A stretch of DNA of 24,114 nt from a virus (lineage: Duplodnaviria; Caudoviricetes). A program made the translations under genes and the position numbers. Below the pieces are notes generated by a model. It saw only the letters and a list, made by a program, of their open reading frames with translations. It had not been told where the DNA came from and did no database searches. Position 1 is the stretch's first letter. Each line of letters opens with the position of its first letter. Below are positions 7,908 through 18,100 of the stretch, in pieces. Location: positions 1-24,114 of IMG/VR virus record IMGVR_UViG_3300032305_001499. One strand, 5' to 3'.

Positions 7908-7922
7908 AAACTCAGTCCTTTT
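7897..7922. terminator. Possibly bidirectional intrinsic terminator hairpin
   Basis: AAAAGGACTGA-AAAC-TCAGTCCTTTT; the 5' arm contains the TGA stop (7905-7907) of the extension frame. Confidence 0.75.
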
Positions 7923-7923
7923 G

Positions 7924-7931
7924 TATTTATA
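7924..7931 (+). promoter_or_regulatory. TATTTATA motif, putative late promoter of the tape measure gene
   Basis: Immediately after the terminator and 22 nt before ATG 7954. TATTTATATAG is shared with 22952. Confidence 0.6.
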
Positions 7932-7953
7932 TAGTAACTAACTATACAAAAAT

Positions 7954-9807
7954 ATGGCAGAAACAAACGATAAGACCGCAGGTCAAATGGGTGAAGAGTT
8001 GAAAAACGCGGTAAAATTACCTAACGTACAAGAATTTGCTGATGCGTACGAACGAATAAGTTCTAGTGCTCGAATGGTTAATAATACTTTTGGCCAAAGT
8101 AGAGAAAGAATTGTTGAACTACAAACTGCGATTGCTGATACAACACCTGGCATCCTTCGAATGGGTGGTAGTTTTGGGGATGTTAGTAAATCAATGCAAG
8201 AGATTGCAGAAGCGTCAAAAAGAAACGTTGTAGCAAGCTCTGAAGATATTGAAAAACTCTACGCATCATCCAAGGTATTAGATATGAGTGTTCGTGAAAT
8301 TTCCGACGCCTTCCTAAATGTTGGTGTTGGTATCGAACAAGTGGGTACACAGTTAGAAGAGTCTGTTAACTATGTTAGAAGTATTGGTGGAAACACCAAA
8401 CAAGTAATGGATAGTGTTAGAAGTAACATGGACCAAATGAATCGTTACCAATTTGAAGGTGGTGTTCAAGGTCTAACTAAGATGGCAGCTCAAGCATCTA
8501 TGTTAAGGTTTGACATGTCTAACACATTTGCTTTAGCTGAAAAAGTTTTAGACCCTGAAGGAGCGGTTAATATGGCATCCGCATTCCAAAGACTTGGTGT
8601 TTCTGCAGGAGCCTTAGCCGACCCATTCGCTTTGATGAATGCATCAATAAATGACCCATCAGGACTACAAGATGGTTTAGCGAACATATCAAAACAATTT
8701 ACATATTTTGACGAAAAAACTAAAACATTTAAGATAAATCCTCAAGGTGTATTAACACTTAGGGAGATGGAAAAAGAGGCAGGGCTTGCTTCAGGTTCGT
8801 TATCTAAAATGGGATTAGCCGCAGCAGAATTAGATATGAGAATTTCTGATATCAATAAAGCTGGTCTTACAATTGCAAGTGAAGAGGACAAACAATATTT
8901 GGCAAATATTGCAACAATGCAAGATGGTAAGTACAAAGTTACTTTGGAAGATGGAACTAAAAAAGAATTAGCTGAGTTAACCCAACCTGAGTTTGATAAA
9001 TTAATTGAACAACAAAAAAATGCACCTAAAACTATGGAAGATATTGCGAAATCTCAATTATCTTATAGTGAATCAAGTGCAGGAGACCTTAAAGCTATAA
9101 GGTCCGCTATTGTTGGCGGAGCTGTAACACAAAGAGATTTACTAAAAGGTGGAGAGGCCGCTAGAAATTTATCAACAAACTTTACAGGGGCAGCCTCAGA
9201 AAACTTTAGTAACCCACAAAAAGTTAGAGATACTATAACCGAATCTTTTGGGGACATTAAACAGTTGTTTAAAGATATTAATAATAAAGACATTAAAACC
9301 ACTGACGCAGCCTCAATGTATCTAGAAAAATTAGGTCAACAAGGTCTTAAAATTGAAGAAGGGTTTAAACAAGGTATGATAAAAACTTTAGAAGAAACTC
9401 GTAAAAAAACGACTGGTACAACGGGAGTTGACGAGGTTGCTAAAGAATTTTTGGATAAGATGTTAGGTGGTGTAAAATCTGAACAAATTAAAGGTGTTAA
9501 AGACGGTAACAAACCAATATCGTCACTAATTGAAGGTACCAAAGCCTCCGAAGTCCAACAGAGTGTTGCAAACAACAATCCATTTGCTGGCGGGGGAGGA
9601 ACTTCAAAGGTTAATGTTGATGGTGGATTTAAAATTGATATTAATTTCACAGGAGGTGCTTCAGAATTAACAGCCGCACAAAAAGAACAAGTGACTAAAA
9701 TGTTAATCGAAAAAATGAATAGTGCTGAAATGCAACAATACATGGTTAGTGTTACAGGTAAAGATAACCCAACAAAAGCTCCTTCAGGAAAAACTGTAAG
9801 TAGATAA
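7954..9807 (+). CDS. Tail tape measure protein
   Basis: 617 aa, Ala/Gln/Lys/Glu/Met-rich helical composition, follows the chaperone; size similar to T4 gp29. Confidence 0.8.
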   Translation: MAETNDKTAGQMGEELKNAVKLPNVQEFADAYERISSSARMVNNTFGQSRERIVELQTAIADTTPGILRMGGSFGDVSKSMQEIAEASKRNVVASSEDIEKLYASSKVLDMSVREISDAFLNVGVGIEQVGTQLEESVNYVRSIGGNTKQVMDSVRSNMDQMNRYQFEGGVQGLTKMAAQASMLRFDMSNTFALAEKVLDPEGAVNMASAFQRLGVSAGALADPFALMNASINDPSGLQDGLANISKQFTYFDEKTKTFKINPQGVLTLREMEKEAGLASGSLSKMGLAAAELDMRISDINKAGLTIASEEDKQYLANIATMQDGKYKVTLEDGTKKELAELTQPEFDKLIEQQKNAPKTMEDIAKSQLSYSESSAGDLKAIRSAIVGGAVTQRDLLKGGEAARNLSTNFTGAASENFSNPQKVRDTITESFGDIKQLFKDINNKDIKTTDAASMYLEKLGQQGLKIEEGFKQGMIKTLEETRKKTTGTTGVDEVAKEFLDKMLGGVKSEQIKGVKDGNKPISSLIEGTKASEVQQSVANNNPFAGGGGTSKVNVDGGFKIDINFTGGASELTAAQKEQVTKMLIEKMNSAEMQQYMVSVTGKDNPTKAPSGKTVSR

Positions 9808-9827
9808 ACAAAAAATAGTCCTTAACC

Positions 9828-9834
9828 TATTTAT
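9828..9834 (+). promoter_or_regulatory. TATTTAT motif, putative late promoter
   Basis: 15 nt upstream of ATG 9850. Confidence 0.55.
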
Positions 9835-9849
9835 TAATTAAAGATATTA

Positions 9850-12800
9850 ATGGGGAGTCCTTTAGATTTTATTAGCTCGGATGGTTTCAGAAAGAAACTT
9901 ATAACAAGGAACTTAACGCCTTATGCTAAGTCCCCTAACCGACCTACGCTTCCTATTGATACAGAATACATTCAATCAGACACATCAGTACAAGATAGTC
10001 CTGACCAATTAATTGATACTCCAACATTTGCGAATCAACTATACCCTTTAAACCAATATGGTAATGAAGGTGGTTACGAGCAAGTTCCTGACCCAGGCGC
10101 GTTGTTAAATACCAAATCAAACGAAGGTGAGTATGGATTTCAAGACGCAAATATTGTAGACCAAGCCTTACCTGAATCTCAAAGATGGAAACCTCTTAAC
10201 GTATTTTCTAACGGTAATCAACTACCATTAGACAGTGCTCCATTTTTTGATTCTTTAAATAGACCACAGACAACCAATACATCAAACAACCAACCGTACC
10301 CAACAACGTTTGTACCGTCAACATATTCTCCACTATCAATATTACTTTCAAGTGACCCAGGAGGAAGTAATGGTTTATTGAGTCAAGATTCATTTATCGT
10401 TAAATTAGGTGCGGAAACACTTAGAAGAGAGTTTGAAGCAAGAATTGCCGCTCAGATTAGACAAGATACTATTGACAGAGCTAACATTTTAAACATTAAT
10501 AGTGGGACTGACATAGTTAACATTTTGTCAGGCGTAGTTCCATTAATTGAGCCAAACTATACAATTACTGTCACAGCAAACCCAATACTTGCTGCCGCCA
10601 ACTTTGCATTAAGATTAGGTGGAAGTATCTTACCTGTATCTCCAATACCTGGTTCATACTTTGACCCAAATGTTAATCCAGGTCCACAGACCACAATACA
10701 ACAACTGTCTAGTGCATTTATACGTAGTGGGGTTGGTAAATTCTTTAATAGACTTATGGGTGGTGGAGACACTGGTTCTCAAATCATGTTTAATAACATG
10801 GGTGCAGGACAAAGGTCAAGACTGTTCAAAAACATTGACTACAATAGATACAAACCAAACTTCCCAAGAACGTTTATCGATAGAGCCGCTGGTGTATTAA
10901 CAGGTACTCAATCTGATGACAGTAATTTCTATATAGGTAATATTACATCTAATCCTTCACAAGTTTTTTCACCAACTGGTGAGGTACCTGTAAATGCTTA
11001 TGGTGTTGAACAACAGTCACCTGTTTATGGTCCATCAGAGTTAGCCCAACTTTATGAAGGACCAAGTAAAGATATTAGATTAGGTGCAAACGGACCTACA
11101 TATTCTAATGGTGGTGGTATTGAAGGTGGATTCACATGGGTATCGCCAAAATACAAAGGTAATGCTGGTAAGAAAGTTGGACTTGGTGGAGAAGTTACAA
11201 ACCAAGACGAAGACTTTAAACCTTCATCATACAATACGACTGAGTCAACTGAAAGAACTTTTAAACAAGGTTCAATCTTAGACCAAACACAAAGAATTAT
11301 TGATAGCCAACCTCAGGGGGGTAAAAGATTACAACACGTTGGTAATGCAATTGACCAAGTGAGTAAAGTATTCCATGATGGATATAAAGAAATGACTAAG
11401 GGTTCAAGAGTTTATAGATACGAAGGAGCCATTGGACAAGAAGTTGGTACTGAATATTGTAGAGTATTTGCTAAAGACGTACCTTACTTACAATACAACG
11501 ACCTTCAAAAGGTTGATGGTGTAACGGTTAATGGTCGAAGATTTGCGGATTCAGTATTTGATAACACATATAATCTTAATATCGCACCTAACAAAATGGA
11601 AGGTGGACAATCTTCAACTAACCTAATCAACGGTGGTCCAGGGGGACAAGGATATGCCAAAAAGTATATGTTCTCATTAGAGAACTTAGCATGGAGAACA
11701 TCAAGTACTCCAGGGTTCTCTGTATCGGATTTAGCGGTGTGTGAGAGAGGTCCAAATGGTGGTAGAGTAATGTGGTTCGCTCCTTACGGATTGACCTTCA
11801 GTGAGAGTGTATCGACCTCGTGGAACCAATCAGACTTCTTGGGTAGACCCGAACCAATCTATACGTATAAAAATACCTCAAGAACAGGTTCATTATCGTG
11901 GAAAATCGTAGTTGACCATCCATCGGTATTAAATGTTATTGTTGATAAGGTATTGGGTAACGAAACAAATAGAGTTAGAATTGATAGTATTATTGATTCG
12001 TTCTTTGCGGGTTGTAGAAAATACGACTTGTATGAACTTGCTAAGAAATATTATACAATAAAGCCAGGTGAGTTGTCTTACTTACAAGAAGTGATTTCTT
12101 CTAAAGATATGACTAAGGAAGAGTTAATTTTTGCTAAACAAACAATTCAGACAGGTAAGGATGCTCCAACAGCGGGGGCAACTACTACCTCACAATCAAC
12201 TTTAAATTCTGAAGATTTCTTTAAAAAGTATGTTCAGATAGGTGGTTATTTTGGTAACGACTTTCCAAAACCTAAGACATCACCAAACTATACTGAGGAG
12301 TATACAAGATATACATCACCAGGAAACAAAAAAATATATACCGATAAATCAAACGGAGCTCAATTAGGAACGTTTTTTAATGCGGTAGTAACACCAAATT
12401 ATAATACTTTAAAAGAATTGACTGTTGAGTTAGATAAACAATTAACTCAGTATCCGACAGGTAACATCACAATGGTGATTGATTCAAGTTGTTCCGCACC
12501 TGCAACAAAGGCGTATAACGTTGAGTTATCTAAAAGGAGAATCGAATCCGTGATTAAGTTTTTTAATGAAACAGAAACACTTAAAAAATATATTACGGCT
12601 CAAAGATTAATTCTTAAACCAGGAACTGCTGCGGGTGAAAACGCTCAAGTACAACAATTTGATAGTGAGAAGGGTACATATATTGGTGGACAAACAGTTA
12701 GTTGTACGGATAATGACCCAAGTGCGTCTGGAGGAGACACAAAGGCCGACTCTAAAGAAATTTTCACAACTACAGCCATGGCTTGTAGAAGAGCTTATAT

Positions 12801-14868
12801 TGCCTCAATTACAGGAACACTAACCGCTCCTATACCTACTCCACCACCCGAAACTCAAGAAGTTTTAGTTGGTAACGTGGTAACAAGTACTGTAAAAGTA
12901 CCTGTTGTAGAACAAGTTAGAAAAGAAAGAAATAACGTAACTAAAAGAGTGTTAAGGTCTTTATTGTCGGAATGTGACTACTTTGAAACAATCAAAGCGG
13001 AAACTCCTATGGTTTATGACAACTTAAAAGATAAGTTGAAATTTTTCCAACCAGCGTTCCACTCAACAACACCTGAAGGATTGAACTCTCGTCTTACATT
13101 CTTACAACAATGTATGAGACCTGGTGATACAATACCTACAGTAAAACAAAACACACCACAAAGTAAACCAACATTGGAATACAACAATGCGATTAACACC
13201 GCGTTTGGTGCACCTCCTGTGTTAGTGTTAAGAATTGGGGATTTTTATAATACAAAAATCATCCCAACCTCATTATCTCTTCAATACGAACAATTAGATA
13301 TCAACCCTGAAGGTATTGGTATCCAACCTATGATTGCTAACGTAACGATGGCATTCAACTTTGTTGGAGGTAGTGGGTTAAAAGAATCCGTTGATAAGTT
13401 ACAAAATGCGTTAACATTCAATTATTATGCAAATACTGAAATGTACGATGACAGGTCGGATGTTACCGCTCAAGAAGATTTCTTAAAAATCCTTGATAGT
13501 GAATTCTTAAAACAAGATTCGTTACTTAGTCCACCTACTTTAAATCAGGCAACACCAAACGCAGGTCAGAATAATAATTCAACTGTAGGTACTATTATAA
13601 CTAATGTTATTAATGACCAAGGAGAAACTGGTACATTAAATTATTCGGATTTCATGGTTCAAGTGGTTAATGATACACAAACATATTTTACAACAGTTGT
13701 TAATAAAACTAAAGAAACTGTTAATCAATATAATAATGCGGTTCGTCAACAATGGATGTTAGAACGTTCATATACTCAAGGTAATTTATCTGTTGCAGAC
13801 CCTGCGGTTGTTTTGTTTGGTAAACCAAGTAGTATTGAAAAACGTTTTGATGAGATATTCTCTGATTTTGAAAAAAATATTAATAATGGTAGTGACCCAT
13901 TCATAGAGTTTATTAGTTTAAAAAATAAAGATTTTTCTCCAAAATTGATTCGTACTGTTAAAGAGAACTATTTTAATTTTGTTAAGAACAAAAGAAGTTC
14001 GTTTCAAAATGCCATATCAAAAATCACCCAAGAGTTAACAACCGCGGAACAAGGTTACTTACAAACATTAGGTAAAGTAAATCTAATCACATTCGAAGGT
14101 GAGACAGATAAAGGTACTGATGGATACCAAGGTAAGACAGGAAACGTTAGGGTGTATGTGACAACTGGTACGGATAAAGTATCAACAAATTCAAAAGCTG
14201 CGAACACGTTCTTAGAATTACAAGATGATATTAAAAAAATTCAAACAAATATTGGTGAATTTAATACCGTTATATGGAGTGATAGTAGTTTTACATATGG
14301 TAAAGGTAACTATACAGGTAAATTAGTTTTTGAAACTGCAACAAATGGTATCTCTAAAGCAGTTACTGTTGAGAATGTATTCTTACCTTTTAGTACAAAC
14401 ACATTGATTGTAGACAACAAAGCATTTAAGAGACAATATATGATAGTATCTGACGATGTTTTAGATGAAAAGAAATATCAAACATTTAAAGATGCGTTAA
14501 TAAGTAATGTTCAAGGTAACAAATCTTTAATTGGTGACGGAGCTGATAATATTGAAGCTGTGTTTGACGCTTATTGGATAACCCAAGCCAAACCAGTATT
14601 TGCAGAAGAAAACAATATAACTAAGGCCTTTATTGACAATTTAGAAAAAACTAAATTAAAAGACTTTTTAAAGTATACACCTTTTGATAAGAAGGAAAGA
14701 GTGCTTGATTATACGATTGAAAATGGTGCAAGTAATGATAAGAAGAAAGCACAAGAAAAAATGATTAAAGGTTTGGGAGCAACAACTAACTCAAACACAA
14801 ATAATAACACTTGGAATAACGAAAACGGAGCAACAGGTGCATATACATCAAAAGCAAAATTAAATTAA
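9850..14868 (+). CDS. Large baseplate protein: tube-initiator-like (gp48/gp54/CIS-tube) fold with an OmpA-like domain
   Basis: Tube-initiator-like segments at about 11764-11922 (WFAPYGLTFSESVSTSWNQSDFLGRPEPIYTYKNTSRTGSLSW) and 13213-13371 (PPVLVLRIGDF..PTSLSLQYE..PMIANVTMAF). OmpA-like YNVELSKRRIESV..GE..CRRAYI at about 12241-12810. Follows tape measure, precedes LysM gene. Confidence 0.7.
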   Translation: MGSPLDFISSDGFRKKLITRNLTPYAKSPNRPTLPIDTEYIQSDTSVQDSPDQLIDTPTFANQLYPLNQYGNEGGYEQVPDPGALLNTKSNEGEYGFQDANIVDQALPESQRWKPLNVFSNGNQLPLDSAPFFDSLNRPQTTNTSNNQPYPTTFVPSTYSPLSILLSSDPGGSNGLLSQDSFIVKLGAETLRREFEARIAAQIRQDTIDRANILNINSGTDIVNILSGVVPLIEPNYTITVTANPILAAANFALRLGGSILPVSPIPGSYFDPNVNPGPQTTIQQLSSAFIRSGVGKFFNRLMGGGDTGSQIMFNNMGAGQRSRLFKNIDYNRYKPNFPRTFIDRAAGVLTGTQSDDSNFYIGNITSNPSQVFSPTGEVPVNAYGVEQQSPVYGPSELAQLYEGPSKDIRLGANGPTYSNGGGIEGGFTWVSPKYKGNAGKKVGLGGEVTNQDEDFKPSSYNTTESTERTFKQGSILDQTQRIIDSQPQGGKRLQHVGNAIDQVSKVFHDGYKEMTKGSRVYRYEGAIGQEVGTEYCRVFAKDVPYLQYNDLQKVDGVTVNGRRFADSVFDNTYNLNIAPNKMEGGQSSTNLINGGPGGQGYAKKYMFSLENLAWRTSSTPGFSVSDLAVCERGPNGGRVMWFAPYGLTFSESVSTSWNQSDFLGRPEPIYTYKNTSRTGSLSWKIVVDHPSVLNVIVDKVLGNETNRVRIDSIIDSFFAGCRKYDLYELAKKYYTIKPGELSYLQEVISSKDMTKEELIFAKQTIQTGKDAPTAGATTTSQSTLNSEDFFKKYVQIGGYFGNDFPKPKTSPNYTEEYTRYTSPGNKKIYTDKSNGAQLGTFFNAVVTPNYNTLKELTVELDKQLTQYPTGNITMVIDSSCSAPATKAYNVELSKRRIESVIKFFNETETLKKYITAQRLILKPGTAAGENAQVQQFDSEKGTYIGGQTVSCTDNDPSASGGDTKADSKEIFTTTAMACRRAYIASITGTLTAPIPTPPPETQEVLVGNVVTSTVKVPVVEQVRKERNNVTKRVLRSLLSECDYFETIKAETPMVYDNLKDKLKFFQPAFHSTTPEGLNSRLTFLQQCMRPGDTIPTVKQNTPQSKPTLEYNNAINTAFGAPPVLVLRIGDFYNTKIIPTSLSLQYEQLDINPEGIGIQPMIANVTMAFNFVGGSGLKESVDKLQNALTFNYYANTEMYDDRSDVTAQEDFLKILDSEFLKQDSLLSPPTLNQATPNAGQNNNSTVGTIITNVINDQGETGTLNYSDFMVQVVNDTQTYFTTVVNKTKETVNQYNNAVRQQWMLERSYTQGNLSVADPAVVLFGKPSSIEKRFDEIFSDFEKNINNGSDPFIEFISLKNKDFSPKLIRTVKENYFNFVKNKRSSFQNAISKITQELTTAEQGYLQTLGKVNLITFEGETDKGTDGYQGKTGNVRVYVTTGTDKVSTNSKAANTFLELQDDIKKIQTNIGEFNTVIWSDSSFTYGKGNYTGKLVFETATNGISKAVTVENVFLPFSTNTLIVDNKAFKRQYMIVSDDVLDEKKYQTFKDALISNVQGNKSLIGDGADNIEAVFDAYWITQAKPVFAEENNITKAFIDNLEKTKLKDFLKYTPFDKKERVLDYTIENGASNDKKKAQEKMIKGLGATTNSNTNNNTWNNENGATGAYTSKAKLN

Positions 14869-15191
14869 TGGCATTTCAATATTGGAACCGATATAGTGAT
14901 TTTTTAATAAACGGAGAACAGACCGTTGTTCCTTACGTGCCCATTCCTCAAAAACCAACTGACAAGGCTTACATATATAAAGTGGCTCAGAGTAGGTTAG
15001 ATAAGGTATCACAAGAGTATTATAATTCACCTTACTTTAATTGGTTAATACTTCAGGCGAATCCTCAGTTCGGTGGTCTTGAAAACAATATATATGACGG
15101 TGCTATATTGATTATTCCTTTCCCATTACTACCATCTCTACAGGATTATAAAGCGGCGTTAGAAAATCATTTTTATTATTATGGTAGGTAA
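14868..15191 (+). CDS. LysM-like baseplate protein (T4 gp53 / P2 gpX-like)
   Basis: YKVAQSRLDKVSQEYYNSPYFNWLILQANP..IYDGAILIIP is a typical LysM/gpX pattern; TAATG-coupled to the upstream gene. Confidence 0.85.
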   Translation: MAFQYWNRYSDFLINGEQTVVPYVPIPQKPTDKAYIYKVAQSRLDKVSQEYYNSPYFNWLILQANPQFGGLENNIYDGAILIIPFPLLPSLQDYKAALENHFYYYGR

Positions 15192-18100
15192 TTTAGGACC
15201 AGACAACAGTGGGAGAGTTTATGTAGAGTTTGATTACAATAATCTTATTGTGGTTGACCCTAACAAAACCATTGACGCGTTAGGAAATATTAGAGAAAGA
15301 TTGGTTGACCATGAAAATTTGGTTATGTATGCTAATCTTGAGGCGGAAGTATTACCAAGAACAAAATTAGCGGTTGGTATTAGTCCTGAGGATAGTGGGT
15401 TAAGAACCATTTCAGTTGCTAAAATGAATTTCCTAAAACCAAGTAAAAACAATTTCTTAGGAACAGGTTATTATGATGAGTTAACGGGACAAAACACTAC
15501 AAAGTTTGATGGTACTAATCAGCCAGCAGAACTTGGTCAACAAACAGCCGCGGGTTCAAAACCATATATTTTAAACACGGTAGCCAATGAATTAAATGTT
15601 ATGGACAATGGGTTATTAGGTATAACTCAAATTAACATAACAACCAATTCTTCGTTTATCCCATCTGTTGAAATGCAGTTGGAAGATGTACAAGGTAAAG
15701 CTTTATTCCAATTAGGTAATAACTCACCGTACTCCGCATTCTTCAATTTACCATACCCACCATTCTATCTTACACTTAAAGGATTTTACGGACAGGCGGT
15801 TAGATACCAATTAAATTTGGAAAAATTCCACGCGACATTCAACTCGTTTAGTGGTAATTACCAAGTCAGATTAACATTCAAAGGGTATAAGTTCAACATA
15901 TTAAATGAGGTGGCTATGGGTCACCTATTAGCCGCACCACACATGTACTCTCAAAGGTTTAACTTTGGTGCGACACCAGTAACACCACAACAAAGTAATA
16001 AATCTACCGAATCACAATCTAAAACTCAAGCGGCTATTGGTTCTAATAATCCAAATAGTAGTGACGCAGTGGTAACTGAATTAGTTACTGAAAGAGGGTA
16101 TCAAAAAATAGTTGAAGTTTATAGTGAGTATAAAGCCAAAGGTTTAATACCTGCGGATTTACCTGAATTAACATTAGCTCAATTAATGGTTAAGTTAGAT
16201 AATTTTGAAAAACAAATTATGGACTCTTTCCCTAAAACAGATGTGGAGTCTTTAACTAACATTAGAAATTATAAAGGAATTTTAACACAATACTTCACAA
16301 ACGTTAGAGGACCTTCAAACAGTTCTTGGTTTGGAACGTATTTAAATCCACAACCACTTATTTTATTTGGTGGTGACAAAGTTTATGCTTTTAAAAATTT
16401 AGACCAAGGTGCTAAAGATACTGCGGTTTCTTTATTACAAGGAAATATTAAAAAATATAACGATGCTTTGGCTGCAAATCCTACGGTAGGAACTGCGGGT
16501 AAAACACCAATCCCAAATCCAATTAAGTATGAGATGATTCTAAAGGACAACATGTCTGAATCACAAATTGATTGGGTTGCAACTACAACAACTCAAACAG
16601 GATTCCCAAATCCTACGAAAGAACAGATTGAAAGAGTGATTTCACAATATGGTGGATTTACTAAAACTATTAACGAGACAATTACTAACGGTAAAAAAAG
16701 TTATACTGAAAATAAAGAAAGGTATTTTATTTTTGAAGGCAATGGAAGATTCGATTCAACTATTTCATCTTTAGAAACTCAGGCAAATAAAAAATTATCT
16801 GAATACGAATCTAAAATAACTGCTGACTTATTAAAAAAGATTGAAGATAAAGACACAGGTCTTGGATTCAGCCCTACAGTTAGGAATATGATTGCGGTTA
16901 TTATGGCATCCGCAGAAGCTTTCATTAGATTGTTAGATGATGTACACACCAACGCTTGGAATGTGAAGTACGACCCTGTAAGAAAGAGTGCAATTTTAGA
17001 TAACCCATCATCGGCACCTAGTAGTGAAACAAGAGACAATGTTGTTTATCGTGAAGGTTCTTTGTTGGGAAATACGGCCGCTGAGAATTCTCAAATTCCT
17101 GTTTACCCTTGGCCTCAATATTTTGTTGAAACACCTGACGATAAGAAAGGTAGATTCCAATTAAAATATATTGGAGACCCAACTGAAATTGATAGAACAC
17201 AAGGTGGTAATTATTCCAAATGGCCTGAGGTAGAATTTGTGGAAGAATATATGAAAGGACTTACTCAAAAATTTCAAAACCCTATCGCACCACAACCATT
17301 AGATAACCAAAGAGATACAAACGTTATTAATATAAACGCAATTGAGTTTCCATCGGCAGGTATTGCATATGCCAATAAAGAAGAAGTAAAGTTTTTCTAT
17401 GAAATATGGGAAAGACAATTTTTAACATCTCACTACTCGGGATTAGTCAGAGCCAATTTAAATCAGATTAATGATTTAATTAAACTTAATATTGAGACGG
17501 AGGTTAATAATGTTAAAGACGGTTTAGGGGTTAGTTCACCATATATCACATTTAAATTAAAAAATTACGGATTAAACGCTTCCAACTACCCAACGTTCTT
17601 AAATAACATTTCGAATATGGGTACGGGTAGGGCTTACCAAGATTATATTAGGGACTTTTTCGTAACTCCATATATTAAGAGTTTGACTGAAAATTCATTC
17701 AGTCTTTTGAAAACTAGTGATATTGGTAAGATACCTCAAGTAACGACATCATCAGACGCTCTTAGAGCTTTAATAACTAACGCATCTAACGAACCGTTAG
17801 TTGTTGATACGTTACCATATACCGATGCAACGTGGTGTATTAATAATTTAAACCAAGCCCAAAGTGCTGCAGGTAACCAAGTTTATGATACTAAAAAGAG
17901 TTTAACTATTTTTGAACCAAGAAAGATTATTGCTAATTTTAACGATGTAAACAACTATAAATTTAACAGACCTGTTACAGATTTTTCATATTTACAATCA
18001 AAAAATCCAAGTATTGTAGCGGCGGCTTTAGGGTCAGGATTGTTTCCAGGGTCAATTCCAGGGTTGTCAACGTTTTATATAACAAGAACACCTGATAATT

